The position numbers and the translations under genes were made by a program. This document shows, piece after piece, positions 63,216 to 64,000 of a stretch of DNA of 64,000 bases. Below the pieces are notes generated by a model. That model ran no database searches. It saw only the letters and a list, made by a program, of their open reading frames with translations, and was not told the origin of the DNA. This DNA comes from Terriglobia bacterium. Its GTDB lineage: Bacteria > Acidobacteriota > Terriglobia > JAJPHL01 > JAPKYU01. Each line of letters starts with the position of its first letter. The first letter of the stretch is position 1. The stretch is taken from the NCBI GenBank assembly GCA_965223005.1, contig CBDCVK010000009.1, positions 32,001-96,000 of the forward strand, written 5' to 3'.

Positions 63216-64000
63216 TCAGGGTGCTTGGGCCGGGATGGTGACGGACTTATCCGGGTTGGCAACAATCCCGTTCTGCGTCAGGACCACCGGGACGGCGCCC
63301 GTCGCAACGCCGGCGGGCACCACTGCGTTCACTTGGTAGAGACCCACAAAGCCCGGCGCCAGCCCCTGGTAGGCTATCCCGGCGTCGATCCCTCCAATGG
63401 TCACCGTCACCGGCAGTTGCACGGTGCTGAACGAGGGCGCGGGGGCTCCCGTTTCCACCTGCTCCTGCACCGCGCCCAGACCGGTGGCGAAAATCTGAAT
63501 GGTGTCTCCGGCGCGGACCGGGTTCTGCGCCGTCACCAGTTGGAACGAGGCGTCCAGAATGGCGGCGTTTTCGCCGGCGATGAAGATGCCTGGCTGCACG
63601 GGCGCAATCAAATAGTTCTGCGGCGCGGTCAGTAGGCCACCCACACTGGTCGTGACCGGAACGCTATCGCCCGGGCTCACCTCGAACGGCACCTGCGCGT
63701 TGATCTGCCCCGGGCCGACGAAATACAGTGGCGCATCCTGGCTGCCGATGCGCACGCTCACCCCGGCCAGCTCCCGCTCCAGCGGGAGCTGGGTCGCGAA
63801 ACTGTTCTCGTTCGCGAAGCGCGCTCCAAACAAGGAGATGATGCCGCCGGGAGACAGCGGCCGCCGCTTGGTGAAGCCGGCCCCTTCCACCACCCCATCG
63901 GCGAACAACGACGGCAAACTCACATCGCCCGGCGCAGCCGCCGTCGAAACCGTAAAGGAGCGCTGCACCTGGGCAAAGTCAGGATGCAGAGCGTCAAGGG
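63216..64000 (-). CDS. Solibacter-type C-terminal domain (TIGR03437-like) surface protein, 5'-truncated by window edge
   Basis: LSPGGIISLFG, PLYFVGPGQINAQVPFE, NPVRAGDTIQIFATGLG and GLAPGFVGLYQVN. Confidence 0.85.
   Translation of the reverse strand, partial: LDALHPDFAQVQRSFTVSTAAAPGDVSLPSLFADGVVEGAGFTKRRPLSPGGIISLFGARFANENSFATQLPLERELAGVSVRIGSQDAPLYFVGPGQINAQVPFEVSPGDSVPVTTSVGGLLTAPQNYLIAPVQPGIFIAGENAAILDASFQLVTAQNPVRAGDTIQIFATGLGAVQEQVETGAPAPSFSTVQLPVTVTIGGIDAGIAYQGLAPGFVGLYQVNAVVPAGVATGAVPVVLTQNGIVANPDKSVTIPAQAP

Overview
GC-rich bacterial chromosome segment, most likely Acidobacteriota. This is inferred from the Solibacter-type C-terminal domain proteins, the TTG-start RpoD and the gene repertoire. 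Bases 1-46.2 kb are mostly core genes: MBL hydrolase, ECF sigma/anti-sigma pair, acyl-CoA dehydrogenase, glnD, bshA, msrP-pcm, ABC permeases, glnE, icd-mdh, lipA, a 2-oxoacid dehydrogenase E1 alpha/beta pair split by an intact IS1182-type element, pilMNOPQ, a peptidase-accB-accC-thiE run, and two internally deleted amino-acid permease pseudogenes. From tRNA-Pro(CGG) at 46.2 kb to the end of the window lies a mosaic accessory island. It holds a serine-recombinase scrap, IS5 remnants, an intact IS256, an att-like 3' fragment of initiator tRNA-Met, and cargo genes (DUF3179, DUF4139, yjcH-actP, an RpoD-like sigma factor outside the dnaG context, a rhomboid, a Solibacter-type surface protein). The most notable signal is six copies of a 32-bp imperfect palindrome with 13-6-13 geometry (ACTTGTCCGGwTA-N6-TATACGTCCAAGT). 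It occurs in two spacer variants that sit as inverted pairs around cargo modules, one of which carries the rpoD-like gene. This suggests an undescribed recombination-site-delimited cassette system; no cognate recombinase is visible in the window. Three apparent +1 homopolymer frameshifts (pilO, pilQ, DUF4139) are probably sequencing errors.
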